Assembly (NCBI GenBank): GCA_037445065.1
Contig: JBBILD010000003.1
Location: 173,190-237,189, forward strand
Direction of reading: 5' to 3'
Origin: Myxococcales bacterium
GTDB taxonomy: Bacteria; Desulfobacterota; Binatia; HRBIN30
DNA length: 64,000 nucleotides
Both the position numbers and the translations under genes were made by a program. This document shows, one piece after another, positions 38,833 to 49,485 of this stretch. The notes beneath the pieces were generated by a model. That model ran no database searches. It worked only from the letters and a program-made list of their open reading frames with translations, and had not been told where the DNA came from. Each line of letters opens with the position of its first letter. The first letter of the stretch is position 1.

Positions 38833-41325
38833 TCACGCGTCGCTGGAGTGGTCGTCCAACCCCAGAAGGCGAAGGAGCCGAACGAAGTTGCTGGGCGTCA
38901 TTCCTAAGATGCGGGCTGCTTGAGACCGTTTCCCATCAGCAGCAGATAAGGCCGCTTCTGCGAGGACTCTTTTGAGCACCAGGCATGCCTCCTGTAAACT
39001 AGGTCTAGGAAGTTTCAAATAAGCTTGCACAGCTTTCCTTAAGAGTTCCAAAAAGTTGTCTGCCGAGGTTTCCGCCATCGGTCCTAGGTCAAGGTCATCA
39101 GCATCCACCACTGAGCATTTTCGTTTGTAAAGGCATCGGCCGATAACTTGCTTCAGTTCGCGAATATTACCTGGCCAATTGTAACTCATTAAGCGTGCCC
39201 ACGCGGCGTCTGTAAGATGTACCTCGGAAGGGTAGTGGTCCTTATCCGGGCCGCTGAGAAGCTCGCGAACGAAGTGTTCCACCAGCAGTTTGATGTCTTC
39301 CTTTCGTTCCCGAAGGGGTGGCAAGATGAGATACGTTGCTTCAAGTCGCTGCTTCAGGTCGGGACGAAAGAGCTTGGCGCGCACAAGATGATCCAGGAAC
39401 ACGTGAGAAGCCGTAATGATGCGAACATTTACTTTGTCGCTTGTGTCTTTACCCAGAGGAATTATGTGACCACCCTCGACCGCACGGAGTAATTTGGCCT
39501 GCACATCTGGTTTAAGCGAGTCAACTTCGTCAATGAAAAAAGTCCCTTGATCACAGAGGCGAAAGAAGCCATCGCGGGCCTGGTCTGCCCCTGTAAAGGC
39601 ACCCCGAGAGTGGCCGAATAAAGAGGCGTCTACCAACGCATCGGGTATGGTGGCGGCGTTCCACGCGAGATACGGCCCAACCCTTTTGCTGAGGCGGTGA
39701 ATCGCGGCGGCCAGTAGCTCCTTGCCGACACCGGTCTCTCCGTAAATGATTAATGGTAGGTCGCAGCGAGCCAATCGCTCTGCCTTTTGAAGGACTCGAA
39801 GAAGTTTTGGGTGTTCCCCTACTATTTCGGGGAATTGTGATTTGAGGCGCCGCATCTCTTCTGGCGAAAACTGTGGTTGTTTTTGATTCCCGCGCCTGAA
39901 GTTGAATTTTTTTCCGAGGTCGAGTTTTAGCCGTGATTTACGCGAGGCTTGAGGTAGAAAGGAGTGGACCACTTCCGATTGTGTTTCGCTGAGGGGCAGT
40001 CGCCTGAGGAGCTCTACGATCCGTTTAAATTTTTCAAGTTGCGAACCGTTCGCTCCGTTGTCGACGAAGACGATTATTCCCGAATTGTCCGCTTCGCGCC
40101 CTCCCTCCCAGAACCGGCTCAGGATGACCGATGGCTGTAACTCAGTGCTAGAGCTTGCGTTGGCCAGATTTGTTTCTTCTTGCGCGGCGCCACGAGAGCG
40201 CAAAAGTTGTCGGAGGTAGTTCTCAAGAGCCATTGTGTTCGAGACCTGTTTCGGCAAACGCATCGCCATCCCCACGCTGCTGACCATCGCGAACGACCTG
40301 GAACTCCCTAAACGCTGGAAGACCGCAACACCGATTGAGCGAAGCCAATCTTTTAACTCATTCATGAGCAGTTTTTCTGAATCAGATGGAGCAGCCGTGG
40401 ATAATGCAGCCTGCGACTCGCCGTGCGACGAACTGGATGCTCGACTTGAGGCGGGCTGCCGCACCGATAAGGCGTAAGCGATCAGCGTGATCGCCACGAC
40501 CAGGCTACATGTGATGTGCCGGACGGCCCACGTTACATCGGGGACGAACGAGGAAAACCAGAAGTATCCCCCGTCGGTAAGAATCCACAATGCCGCGCTT
40601 CCGAAAACCGCGTAGAAAGTCAACCGTAGCGACCTTGGAGGGATCTCGAACAGGTTCCAGCGCCAGGTGAGCTCAGCAAGTGTAACTAGGAAAACGCAAT
40701 TGCCCACTGTGCCGAGGGCGATGGTCGGCATGTTATACACGGTCAGATAGTTCGTGATCGCAAATGGTAGAAAAACGGCGTTCAAAATCAGCCAAGTGCG
40801 GGCGCTGCGCCGATTCGGGTTCTCGGTAGGCGCCGTGGCTGCTCTCGTGCACCAGAACCCTCCGATCAAAACACTGGTCGTCAGAAAGAGTCCGTGAAGC
40901 AAGAACGTGTGCCCCTGGCTCATTCGTGTCGTGCCCCACACGTGATTTACGAGCGGGCCGAGTGCTTCGGGATGGCCCCAAATTGCGAGCGCCTGGAGAG
41001 TTGCGACCCCATACCCGACCCAAACAGCCAATCGGGATTTCCCGCAGCCATTCTGGCCCGACCACACGCACGCGGTGTGAAGTACCGCAGCTGGAATGAA
41101 GGAAAAGGTAGCTAAGAGAAGGTGCAGAATCGGCAAGGCTCGGAGTTCAGGGATGCTCTGAAACGTCAGGCCTAGCGACCAAGGCAGGAGCGCTGCTAGT
41201 AGAATAGCGCCGGGCAAGGCCTTGACCGTGTCTTTTGCCAGGAGCCCTAGGACGATGGCCCCGATCAAGTTCCCAAAGCCAGCGAACAAGGACGTTTGCA
41301 ACAGCATAGACCTAACGAGTTCCAT
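38833..41325 (-). CDS. sigma54-dependent transcriptional activator with N-terminal multi-pass membrane (HisKA_7TM-like) sensor domain
   Basis: AAGGAGG RBS before ATG 41325; about 8-9 hydrophobic helices; GETGVGKE, GAFTGA, FIDEV, WPGNIRELK; Fis-type HTH. Confidence 0.88.
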   Translation of the reverse strand: MELVRSMLLQTSLFAGFGNLIGAIVLGLLAKDTVKALPGAILLAALLPWSLGLTFQSIPELRALPILHLLLATFSFIPAAVLHTACVWSGQNGCGKSRLAVWVGYGVATLQALAIWGHPEALGPLVNHVWGTTRMSQGHTFLLHGLFLTTSVLIGGFWCTRAATAPTENPNRRSARTWLILNAVFLPFAITNYLTVYNMPTIALGTVGNCVFLVTLAELTWRWNLFEIPPRSLRLTFYAVFGSAALWILTDGGYFWFSSFVPDVTWAVRHITCSLVVAITLIAYALSVRQPASSRASSSSHGESQAALSTAAPSDSEKLLMNELKDWLRSIGVAVFQRLGSSRSFAMVSSVGMAMRLPKQVSNTMALENYLRQLLRSRGAAQEETNLANASSSTELQPSVILSRFWEGGREADNSGIIVFVDNGANGSQLEKFKRIVELLRRLPLSETQSEVVHSFLPQASRKSRLKLDLGKKFNFRRGNQKQPQFSPEEMRRLKSQFPEIVGEHPKLLRVLQKAERLARCDLPLIIYGETGVGKELLAAAIHRLSKRVGPYLAWNAATIPDALVDASLFGHSRGAFTGADQARDGFFRLCDQGTFFIDEVDSLKPDVQAKLLRAVEGGHIIPLGKDTSDKVNVRIITASHVFLDHLVRAKLFRPDLKQRLEATYLILPPLRERKEDIKLLVEHFVRELLSGPDKDHYPSEVHLTDAAWARLMSYNWPGNIRELKQVIGRCLYKRKCSVVDADDLDLGPMAETSADNFLELLRKAVQAYLKLPRPSLQEACLVLKRVLAEAALSAADGKRSQAARILGMTPSNFVRLLRLLGLDDHSSDA

Positions 41326-41868
41326 GGTCCCTCCTTTTTGCCTACTCAACTTTGGAAAGCGCTGACCGTTCAACCGTCTTCCGACCCCCCGGCCACCACC
41401 GCGAAGCGCCATTGCCATTAAGGAGGGTCAGTTGTCAAGAGGCATGGAGATAACTGCATTTGGTCCCTAGTTGTGTCCACACAAAATCTGTGACTTCCCA
41501 AAGGCACGGTGAGGTGTTTGGCTACTTTTCGGCACTGCGAAGGGGTGGAACTGACGTTGCGCTCAGGTACCCAGAGAGTTGAAGTAAAAGTTCGGGATGC
41601 TGCACCGTTGCGCGAGGTCGCGATCAGGCGGAGTGAAAGGCTGACTGGAGCAGTCGTGAGCCTGTTTTCGCAGTTGGCGAGACTACATGAAGCGATCGAG
41701 TACTTGAGGCAGACTGAGGCACTAGGCGCTAGCTGATCAAATCTGACACGGTGAAGGGAGCGGAGAATCACAGACAGTGTGTCGACGGGTGCGGCACCTC
41801 AGCTTCGACGCCGTTGGGTTAGAGACACTCGTAAGACTGGCGTCGGTGGCCGACAGTTCTTGCCTTGT

Positions 41869-43011
41869 TCAGCGAAGCCTGAGCGACAGCACCAAGCCGA
41901 GGAGAGCAAAGGCGATGTTAGGCAGCCAGGCGAAGAAAACGGCGGCTGCGCCCGTACCGGTGGGTAAGGATTGCATGAAGAGCAAGAGTACCCAGTACAA
42001 GAAACCGAGTACCATGGCCCCTAAGAGTGTCGTGTAGGTATGCTTCCGCCAACGATTGGCGGTGGCAAGAGGTACAAGCGTTAGGGTCAAGACCAGGGGA
42101 ACGAATGGGATCGCCAGTTTGGCGTGCAACTCGGGCAGCAGGTGAGAGGCATCTAGGCCGCGCGATCGCAGGCGACGAATCTGTGAATTCAGTTCAGTGA
42201 AACTCAGTTCTTCAGTCTCCCGCTGTAGTTCCAAAAAGTCGGGGAACGGTTCGAGACTGATCGCCACGGCGTGCTCATCAAGGAGAGGACCGGGCGACGT
42301 ACCCGGGTATCCGGTACCTGGCAGTCGTGAGCCTTTCGTCGGGCGCCAACGGTCGCCTGTCCACTCCACAACTGGAAACCAAAGAGCGTCTCTTAGCTGA
42401 AAGTTCTGGTCAAGCTGATAAATGGTGAGACCCCGCAGTGCGTGATTTTTCCGATCGACCATCGAGACGTGATAAAAGCCCAGTCGGCCACGCAACCACA
42501 CTTCTTGTTCCGCCAGGAATGTGCGCCTGTCTCGCAGTTTGATTTGGGTCAAGTTGATTTGCTGGGCCCTGCTCGCAGTGGGAGGGACCAGGGTTTCGTT
42601 CCAAACGAGTAGGAAAATAGAGAATCCTGACATGGTGATGATCAGTGGTCCGAACAGGGCGGAAGGTCCGAATCCTGACGCGCGCAAGGCCAGGACCTCG
42701 CCCGACCGATTGGCTAGCGTAAGGGCAATCACAAGAGCTGCTCCGATGCTTGGTGGAGCCGTCTGCGAAACAATCAGGGGCAACTTTAGGCCGTAGTAGG
42801 CCAGCATCGTCGTCGCACTGACATTGTTCTTAACGACATAGGGTGCCCGCTCGAACCAATCGATGATCACGTACACGCCGACCCCAACGGCCTGAATCAC
42901 TACGGCGAACGTGAAGATGCGTCGGAGAAAGTAGCGGGTGACCAGCCATGGGAAGCGACTAAAAGAGGAGGCGTACAGCGTGGCCTGAATCGGCTCCTGA
43001 GGATTGGACAT
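41869..43011 (-). CDS. lptG: LPS export ABC transporter permease LptG-like
   Basis: TRYFLR, GEVLALRASG, KLAIPF, AWLPN; downstream of a paralogous permease. Confidence 0.85.
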   Translation of the reverse strand: MSNPQEPIQATLYASSFSRFPWLVTRYFLRRIFTFAVVIQAVGVGVYVIIDWFERAPYVVKNNVSATTMLAYYGLKLPLIVSQTAPPSIGAALVIALTLANRSGEVLALRASGFGPSALFGPLIITMSGFSIFLLVWNETLVPPTASRAQQINLTQIKLRDRRTFLAEQEVWLRGRLGFYHVSMVDRKNHALRGLTIYQLDQNFQLRDALWFPVVEWTGDRWRPTKGSRLPGTGYPGTSPGPLLDEHAVAISLEPFPDFLELQRETEELSFTELNSQIRRLRSRGLDASHLLPELHAKLAIPFVPLVLTLTLVPLATANRWRKHTYTTLLGAMVLGFLYWVLLLFMQSLPTGTGAAAVFFAWLPNIAFALLGLVLSLRLR

Positions 43012-43024
43012 TTGAGAGCCTATT

Positions 43025-44134
43025 TCAGTGGTTCCGCAAACGAGATCCTGAAAGCGTTAGGGAGCCTACTGTCAGTACGAACACGGCTAGGACCGGCATG
43101 AGGGCCCCAAGGGGAGGCGAGAGTGCTCGGTGCACGGTGAGCACCTCGCCGAGAGTGAGCGCCAGATAGTACACGATGGCTGCGGCTGCCCCCATCAGTC
43201 CAACGCTGCCGTACGAGACTTTCGTCCGGTTTAGGATCGGGGAAGTGGCGGCGAAGGCAAAAACAAGGCAGGCAAACGGCGTAAAGACGCGACGAAAGAA
43301 TTCCAGGCGCATCGACATGATGCTTGCCTGACCGTCTTGTAAGCTCGGGGGTGCGCGATCCAGAAGTTGGCGCAAGCTCATTTCAGTAGGGCGCCGTTGT
43401 CCCAGCGCCTCCCCCGATTCCAGAGATGGGAGCCGCCAGTCAAGCTGCTTAAAGCTTGTGGTTTCAACTTCTTTGCTTTCTCGGCTAAGCGAAAGGATCG
43501 TGCCGTCTTCTAATCGTAATGTTCGCGCTAGACCCTGTGAGCCTGGTAAGATGGTACCTCGTTTCGCGGTAGCGACCTGGCGGCGTTCGGGAGCCCGGCT
43601 GTCCGACAGGAGAATCCCTTGCAGGACAGTTCCGTCCTGAGAAATGTTCGAGACGTAAATCACAAGATTCTTTCCAATCGACACGAACACCTGACTTTGA
43701 AGGAACGCTGTGGGATCCGCCACCGCCAGTGTAGCGAGTCGCTCTCGAAGAGATGCGAGTGCCGCTGGGCGCAATACGGATGCTGAAAAAAAGGTGGCAA
43801 ATGCCACCAGCAAAGAAAGGACGGTGATTGGAAACAAGAGCACCGTCGGGCTGCCTCCGAGTGCATAGAGAGCGTGGAGTTCTCCCTCGTTACGAAGTCG
43901 AACGAGAACGGATGCGATTCCAACATAGAGTGCTAACGGCACCAGAAGTTCTAGGAGCGTTGGCATCAACAACAAGCAAATCGCCGCGATGTCGAAGAAA
44001 CTAATTCCAGGCTGCCCTAAAATCCGACCGAAGCGGAGCAGGCGCAGGCTGAGAAACGTGAAACCGAGGAAGCCCGCCGCAACCGCTGAGGAGCGAACGA
44101 CGGACCGGATGACGTAGTGATGAAGGATCGCCAC
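43025..44134 (-). CDS. lptF: LPS export ABC transporter permease LptF-like
   Basis: ILHHYV, RLRNEGELHALYALG, TAKRG, LRLEDG, EFFRR..PFACL. Confidence 0.82.
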   Translation of the reverse strand: MAILHHYVIRSVVRSSAVAAGFLGFTFLSLRLLRFGRILGQPGISFFDIAAICLLLMPTLLELLVPLALYVGIASVLVRLRNEGELHALYALGGSPTVLLFPITVLSLLVAFATFFSASVLRPAALASLRERLATLAVADPTAFLQSQVFVSIGKNLVIYVSNISQDGTVLQGILLSDSRAPERRQVATAKRGTILPGSQGLARTLRLEDGTILSLSRESKEVETTSFKQLDWRLPSLESGEALGQRRPTEMSLRQLLDRAPPSLQDGQASIMSMRLEFFRRVFTPFACLVFAFAATSPILNRTKVSYGSVGLMGAAAAIVYYLALTLGEVLTVHRALSPPLGALMPVLAVFVLTVGSLTLSGSRLRNH

Positions 44135-44911
44135 CAAAAACGGCTAGTAACCCAAAACAGGCAACGAGAAAAGTCGAGGGGTAACGCTTCAGTCTGGTTG
44201 GACTCGTTTCACGCCATTGAGTCTTGGCTCCGCACAGCGCCCGGGCGTATCATACGCATTGAAGCCTCGCCTCCTCTCAGCGCGCGGGTCCGCCGCTTGC
44301 TTGCGATGGCGAGGACAATCGGCGTCCAGTGTGTGCTGCGAGCCGAGCGGGAACGCGAGAGGGGGACAGTAGGGCGGCTAGTGGCAGAGTGCCAACCTTT
44401 CCCATATCGAGAACTCGGCGAATTAGAACTTAAAGAATGCGGATCCGGGCTGGTCATTGCACTGGATCACGTGCTCGATCCCCGCAACGTTGGAGCCATT
44501 ATTCGGACAGCCGAAGCCTTCGGTGCACTTGCTGTCATCTTGCCTGTGGATCGCGCTGCCCCGGTTACAGCCGAGGTGGAGCGGGCAAGTGCGGGTGCGA
44601 CAGCTACCCTCCCGATTGTTCGGGTGGTGAACTTACCCAGAGCATTGGACGAACTGAAAAGGAAGGGATTCTGGGTGGTTGCCTTGGATCGGCGGGGTGA
44701 GGAAAGCCTTTTTAAGGCGCAACTCCCCCAGAGGATGATATGTGTCTTGGGTGGAGAAGAAGGCATGGGGCGCCTAGTCATGGCACGTGCAGATCACGTC
44801 GTAGCGATTCCAACCGTTGGCAAAGTGGAATCACTCAACGTGAGCGTCGCCGCCGGAATCGCGATGTTCGCTTGGATAACGCAAAATCCGCCGACTGGAA
44901 GCAACTGCTGA
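44120..44911 (+). CDS. rlmB: 23S rRNA (guanosine-2'-O)-methyltransferase, SpoU/TrmH family
   Basis: LDHVLDPRNVGAIIRTA, LGGEEG, VESLNVSVAAG; start uncertain, possibly TTG at 44198. Confidence 0.88.
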   Translation: MKDRHQKRLVTQNRQREKSRGNASVWLDSFHAIESWLRTAPGRIIRIEASPPLSARVRRLLAMARTIGVQCVLRAERERERGTVGRLVAECQPFPYRELGELELKECGSGLVIALDHVLDPRNVGAIIRTAEAFGALAVILPVDRAAPVTAEVERASAGATATLPIVRVVNLPRALDELKRKGFWVVALDRRGEESLFKAQLPQRMICVLGGEEGMGRLVMARADHVVAIPTVGKVESLNVSVAAGIAMFAWITQNPPTGSNC

Positions 44912-45225
44912 ATTCCGAGCCGATACGACAGCTCTTTTTCTCTCGCAAGCCTTAAGCCTTTACTGTGCCGCGCGTGAGACTGTACCAACAAGTACTTGCG
45001 CCAAGAAGATTTCACCGTCGTCCAGGGAAGGGTGGGGCGGGCGGTAATAAACGAGGCTGAGGAGCCCGAGTCCCAACTTGCGTAAAAGGACAGCGAAGCC
45101 TGGGATCCCTACCGGGGGTTAGGCCGTCTCCGTCGGCAAGGGCTCCAACCGCCAACATGCCGCCCAAGGATCACTCGGATTCGTTGCAAACATGACCACA
45201 ATTTAAAAAAGTAAGCTTTAGTTGA

Positions 45226-45254
45226 TAGACTATCTTGAATAAACGTGATATAAA
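45226..45254 (+). promoter_or_regulatory. sigma70-type promoter for the second activator
   Basis: TAGACT-17 nt-TATAAA with extended -10 TG, in an AT-rich patch; AAGGAGG RBS before ATG 45303. Confidence 0.55.
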
Positions 45255-45302
45255 TTTCATCCATGTTCATGAACTTAAAAAAGTCCAGAAAGGAGGCATG
45301 GA

Positions 45303-47006
45303 ATGAGCAACCAGCGTTTTCCGAGCGCAGATGACTCTAAACGAGTTCAGAAGCGCCCTGGCTTGGTAAGCTCCTGGTGGGGACTGATCTCGGATGCTGG
45401 CGGTTTGGTGCCCCCGCAGGCAGCTGAGGGGAATGAACGACGCATCGCGGTTGAACCCGAGCTTGAGGCGATCACGCTACAACTACTTGGATCACTGAGG
45501 CAATTTTTCGAAAGTTGCCTTGAACGTGGAAACGTTGAGCTGGTTACATTGGCGCAATCGTTCACCGATACATGTCGCTCTCTCTTTTGTGCCGACGCGG
45601 CGTTGTACGTCATTTCTGAAAGTGGAGAGTTTGAACGGCGCGGCGAAGCGCCATTACCATCTCGGATTCGAGCTCGGGTGTCTGGAGAAACGGCTCCGCC
45701 AGGAATCAGGTTAGTCTCAGGCGTGGAGTGCTTGAGTCCTGTCGGAGAAAGCAATTATGAGCAATCGGGTAGCGTATGTTTTCCCGCCTCCGCATCGCGC
45801 ATCTTTTTTGTTCCGCTTTGGAGAGAAGAGGATCTCATGGGACTTGTTCTTGTTCGACTCCCAGCGGAGGATCGGCTCACGCGGATTGAAGAGGAAATAT
45901 TGCTTTCGCTGTGTGGTTACTTAGGGGCCTGGTGTCGACACGACCCACTGGTTGCCACAAAGCAGGAGGATCGCAGGGCGCAACTTGAGAACCCCGAGCA
46001 TTTGGAAACCTTGGAACGACGGAGTGAGCCCACTTGTCATGACACGGACGGAGCACGGGTTCGTTACGAACGAGATCACGGGCTAGTGGGAAAGAGCGAG
46101 GTGTTTCTTGAGACGCTTGACCGTGCGGTCCAATGGGCGCAGGCAGATGAGCCAGTACTCATCGTCGGTGAAACTGGCACCGGCAAGGAGCTGATCGCTC
46201 GGATGATTCACGCATGTAGCAACCGGAACGGAGGCCCCTTTGTGACGTTGAATTGCCCGGCGATCCCGAGGGACCTCGCGGAGTCCGAACTTTTCGGACA
46301 CGAGAGAGGGGCCTTTACTGGGGCGACTGATTCGCGGGCGGGGAAGTTCGAGCTGGCTGACGGGGGCACGCTGTTTATGGACGAAATCGCCGATTTGCCG
46401 TACCCACTACAGGCAAAGCTGCTGCGAGTCCTCCAAGAGGGCGAAATCGACCGAATAGGCGGCACGAAACCCAAAAAGGTGAACGTCCGTGTAATCGCTG
46501 CTACGAATCGCGACCTCAATGAGGCGGTAGATTTGGGTCAGTTTCGGCACGATCTTTTCTTTCGGCTGAGTGCGCTGCCCCTCGTGGTCCCACCCCTGCG
46601 CCATCGCCCGGGCGATGCGGAACATTTGGCTTGGCATTTTTTGCAAGAAGCGCGAAAACGGTACCGGAAGGATGTCCGTGGGTTCACTCAGGCGGCGCTC
46701 GTGATTTTGCGGCAACACTCGTGGCCGGGAAACGTTAGGCAGCTAAAACACACCGTTGAACGAGCGGTCCTCACCGAGCCAGGACCTTTTATCAATCTTC
46801 CGGATTTATCAGAAGCGAGGGCGTCGGCCGAGCCTCTTACGTTGAACGGCTTGCTAAAATTGGAGAAGGCTCAGCGGGTGACGGCCGTTTTGAAGCAGAC
46901 GCGGGGCAATTGCGCTCAGGCAGCGCGGGAACTCGGCATGTCGCGAGGGAACTTCGCACGGCTGCTGAAGACGCTGGGGCTTAATCCTAGGTACTTTCAG
47001 CGGTAA
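45303..47006 (+). CDS. sigma54-dependent transcriptional activator with GAF-like N-terminal region
   Basis: GETGTGKE, ESELFGHERGAFTGA, LFMDEI, FRHDLFFRL, WPGNVRQL, HTH; FVPLW...GLVLV is GAF-like. Confidence 0.92.
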   Translation: MSNQRFPSADDSKRVQKRPGLVSSWWGLISDAGGLVPPQAAEGNERRIAVEPELEAITLQLLGSLRQFFESCLERGNVELVTLAQSFTDTCRSLFCADAALYVISESGEFERRGEAPLPSRIRARVSGETAPPGIRLVSGVECLSPVGESNYEQSGSVCFPASASRIFFVPLWREEDLMGLVLVRLPAEDRLTRIEEEILLSLCGYLGAWCRHDPLVATKQEDRRAQLENPEHLETLERRSEPTCHDTDGARVRYERDHGLVGKSEVFLETLDRAVQWAQADEPVLIVGETGTGKELIARMIHACSNRNGGPFVTLNCPAIPRDLAESELFGHERGAFTGATDSRAGKFELADGGTLFMDEIADLPYPLQAKLLRVLQEGEIDRIGGTKPKKVNVRVIAATNRDLNEAVDLGQFRHDLFFRLSALPLVVPPLRHRPGDAEHLAWHFLQEARKRYRKDVRGFTQAALVILRQHSWPGNVRQLKHTVERAVLTEPGPFINLPDLSEARASAEPLTLNGLLKLEKAQRVTAVLKQTRGNCAQAARELGMSRGNFARLLKTLGLNPRYFQR

Positions 47007-47078
47007 AGCTGCCTACTGCCAGTTGATTGGAAAACACGTGAATACTCTCACGGCCGCTTCCTAACGTCCCGCAGTGGA

Positions 47079-47101
47079 CTCAACGGCTCTGTGCCGTTGA
47101 G
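47079..47101. terminator. perfect 9-bp hairpin, possible terminator of the activator gene
   Basis: CTCAACGGC-TCTGT-GCCGTTGAG; no clear U-tract. Confidence 0.4.
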
Positions 47102-47476
47102 AAGGTTTCGAGAGGACAGTGGGAGGGGCAGCATCTGAGTTTTTTGCTGGGGGTTGTTTCTTAGTTTGACAGGGCCTTCCTTGTCGAGGCAACCCCTTTC
47201 GGCTTGGAGCGTTTTGCAGGTGTGAGCGTTTTTGGCCTCTAGAGCCTACGATCACCAAAAATGTGACGCGGAAGTGGAAGGCTGCGCTAGTGTCACCGCA
47301 AGGCATCGCGGGCTTATCACTTGGCTGGGATTTTAAAACGAGGCGCCGTTGACACGGAGCTTGGGTTCGACTAACGGACAAAGTTCCGCGGGATCATGGT
47401 CCTGCAGCGGTGAGGTGAAAGGTTAGGAGTAATTTCAGCGTGCGCTGGACCCAGGAGGAGAAAGAGTTCGGGTGGA

Positions 47477-47549
47477 GCCGATGTAGCTCAACCGGCAGAG
47501 CGACTGACTTGTAATCAGTAGGTTGCCAGTTCGAGTCTGGCCATCGGCT
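47477..47549 (+). tRNA. tRNA-Thr(TGT)
   Basis: GCCGATG/CATCGGC stem, loop CTTGTAA. Confidence 0.95.
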
Positions 47550-47570
47550 TCGTTATGCATGCGGTGTTTC

Positions 47571-47653
47571 GGAGAGGTACCCGAGCGGCCAAAGGGAGCA
47601 GACTGTAAATCTGCCGGCGCAAGCCTTCGGAGGTTCGAATCCTCCCCTCTCCA
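47571..47653 (+). tRNA. tRNA-Tyr(GTA)
   Basis: GGAGAGG/CCTCTCC stem, loop CTGTAAA, variable arm. Confidence 0.96.
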
Positions 47654-47719
47654 TGTGGTGGATTAGACATGAACGCTTGCTACACGGTTGTACTTAAGGC
47701 AAAGTTTGATGGTGGATTT

Positions 47720-47792
47720 GCGGGAGTAGCTCAGTTGGCAGAGCATCAGCCTTCCAAGCTGAGGGTCGCGGGTTCGAGTCCCGTTTCCCGCT
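47720..47792 (+). tRNA. tRNA-Gly(TCC)
   Basis: GCGGGAG/TTCCCGC stem, loop CTTCCAA. Confidence 0.96.
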
Positions 47793-47850
47793 TCTATTGG
47801 TCTTTTTACGAGCTGACGCTCATCGGGAACGACACAGGCTGCGAGTCTGC

Positions 47851-47924
47851 GCCCAGGTAGCTCAGTCGGTTAGAGCACCTCCTTGGTAAGGAGGAGGTCG
47901 GCGGTTCGACTCCGCTCCTGGGCT
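47851..47924 (+). tRNA. tRNA-Thr(GGT)
   Basis: GCCCAGG/CCTGGGC stem, loop TTGGTAA. Confidence 0.96.
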
Positions 47925-47978
47925 CTGTGGCGTATGGTGGCGTAAGGGAGTGAGAGTAGTGGGTAGGAGGTAAGAGAG

Positions 47979-49169
<1,191 letters not shown>

Positions 49170-49177
49170 GGTGAGGG

Positions 49178-49330
49178 ATGCGCGAGATCATTTCGCTCCA
49201 ATGCGATGGGTGTAAGCGCCGGAACTACACGACCACGAAAAATCGGAAGACCATGTCTGACAAACTCACGCTCAGAAAGTTCTGCCCTTTTTGCCGTAAG
49301 CATACGGCCCATAAGAAGGCCAAGGTTTAG
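49178..49330 (+). CDS. rpmG: 50S ribosomal protein L33 (zinc-binding form)
   Basis: Below the ORF-track cutoff; hand translation [50 protein letters not shown]. Confidence 0.97.
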   Translation: MREIISLQCDGCKRRNYTTTKNRKTMSDKLTLRKFCPFCRKHTAHKKAKV

Positions 49331-49360
49331 AGTTTGACCGTCACCGTTCAACCCATCTAT

Positions 49361-49434
49361 GGGTCAGTAGCTCTAATTGGTAGAGCACCGGACTCCAAAT
49401 CCGGGGGTTGCAGGTTCGAGCCCTGCCTGACCCG
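49361..49434 (+). tRNA. tRNA-Trp(CCA)
   Basis: GGGTCAG/CTGACCC stem, loop CTCCAAA; canonical position before secE. Confidence 0.96.
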
Positions 49435-49485
49435 CGTTCGTAGCGTTGTATCTCATGGCGTAGAAAGAGTTTGCGTGTGAGCCAA

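Noticed and set aside
45051..45133. Hammerhead-ribozyme-like motifs (CTGAGGA ... GAAG) inside the structured region
   Set aside because: GAAA is GAAG, the cleavage-site UH is absent and the stem I register is off by one, so this is likely coincidence.
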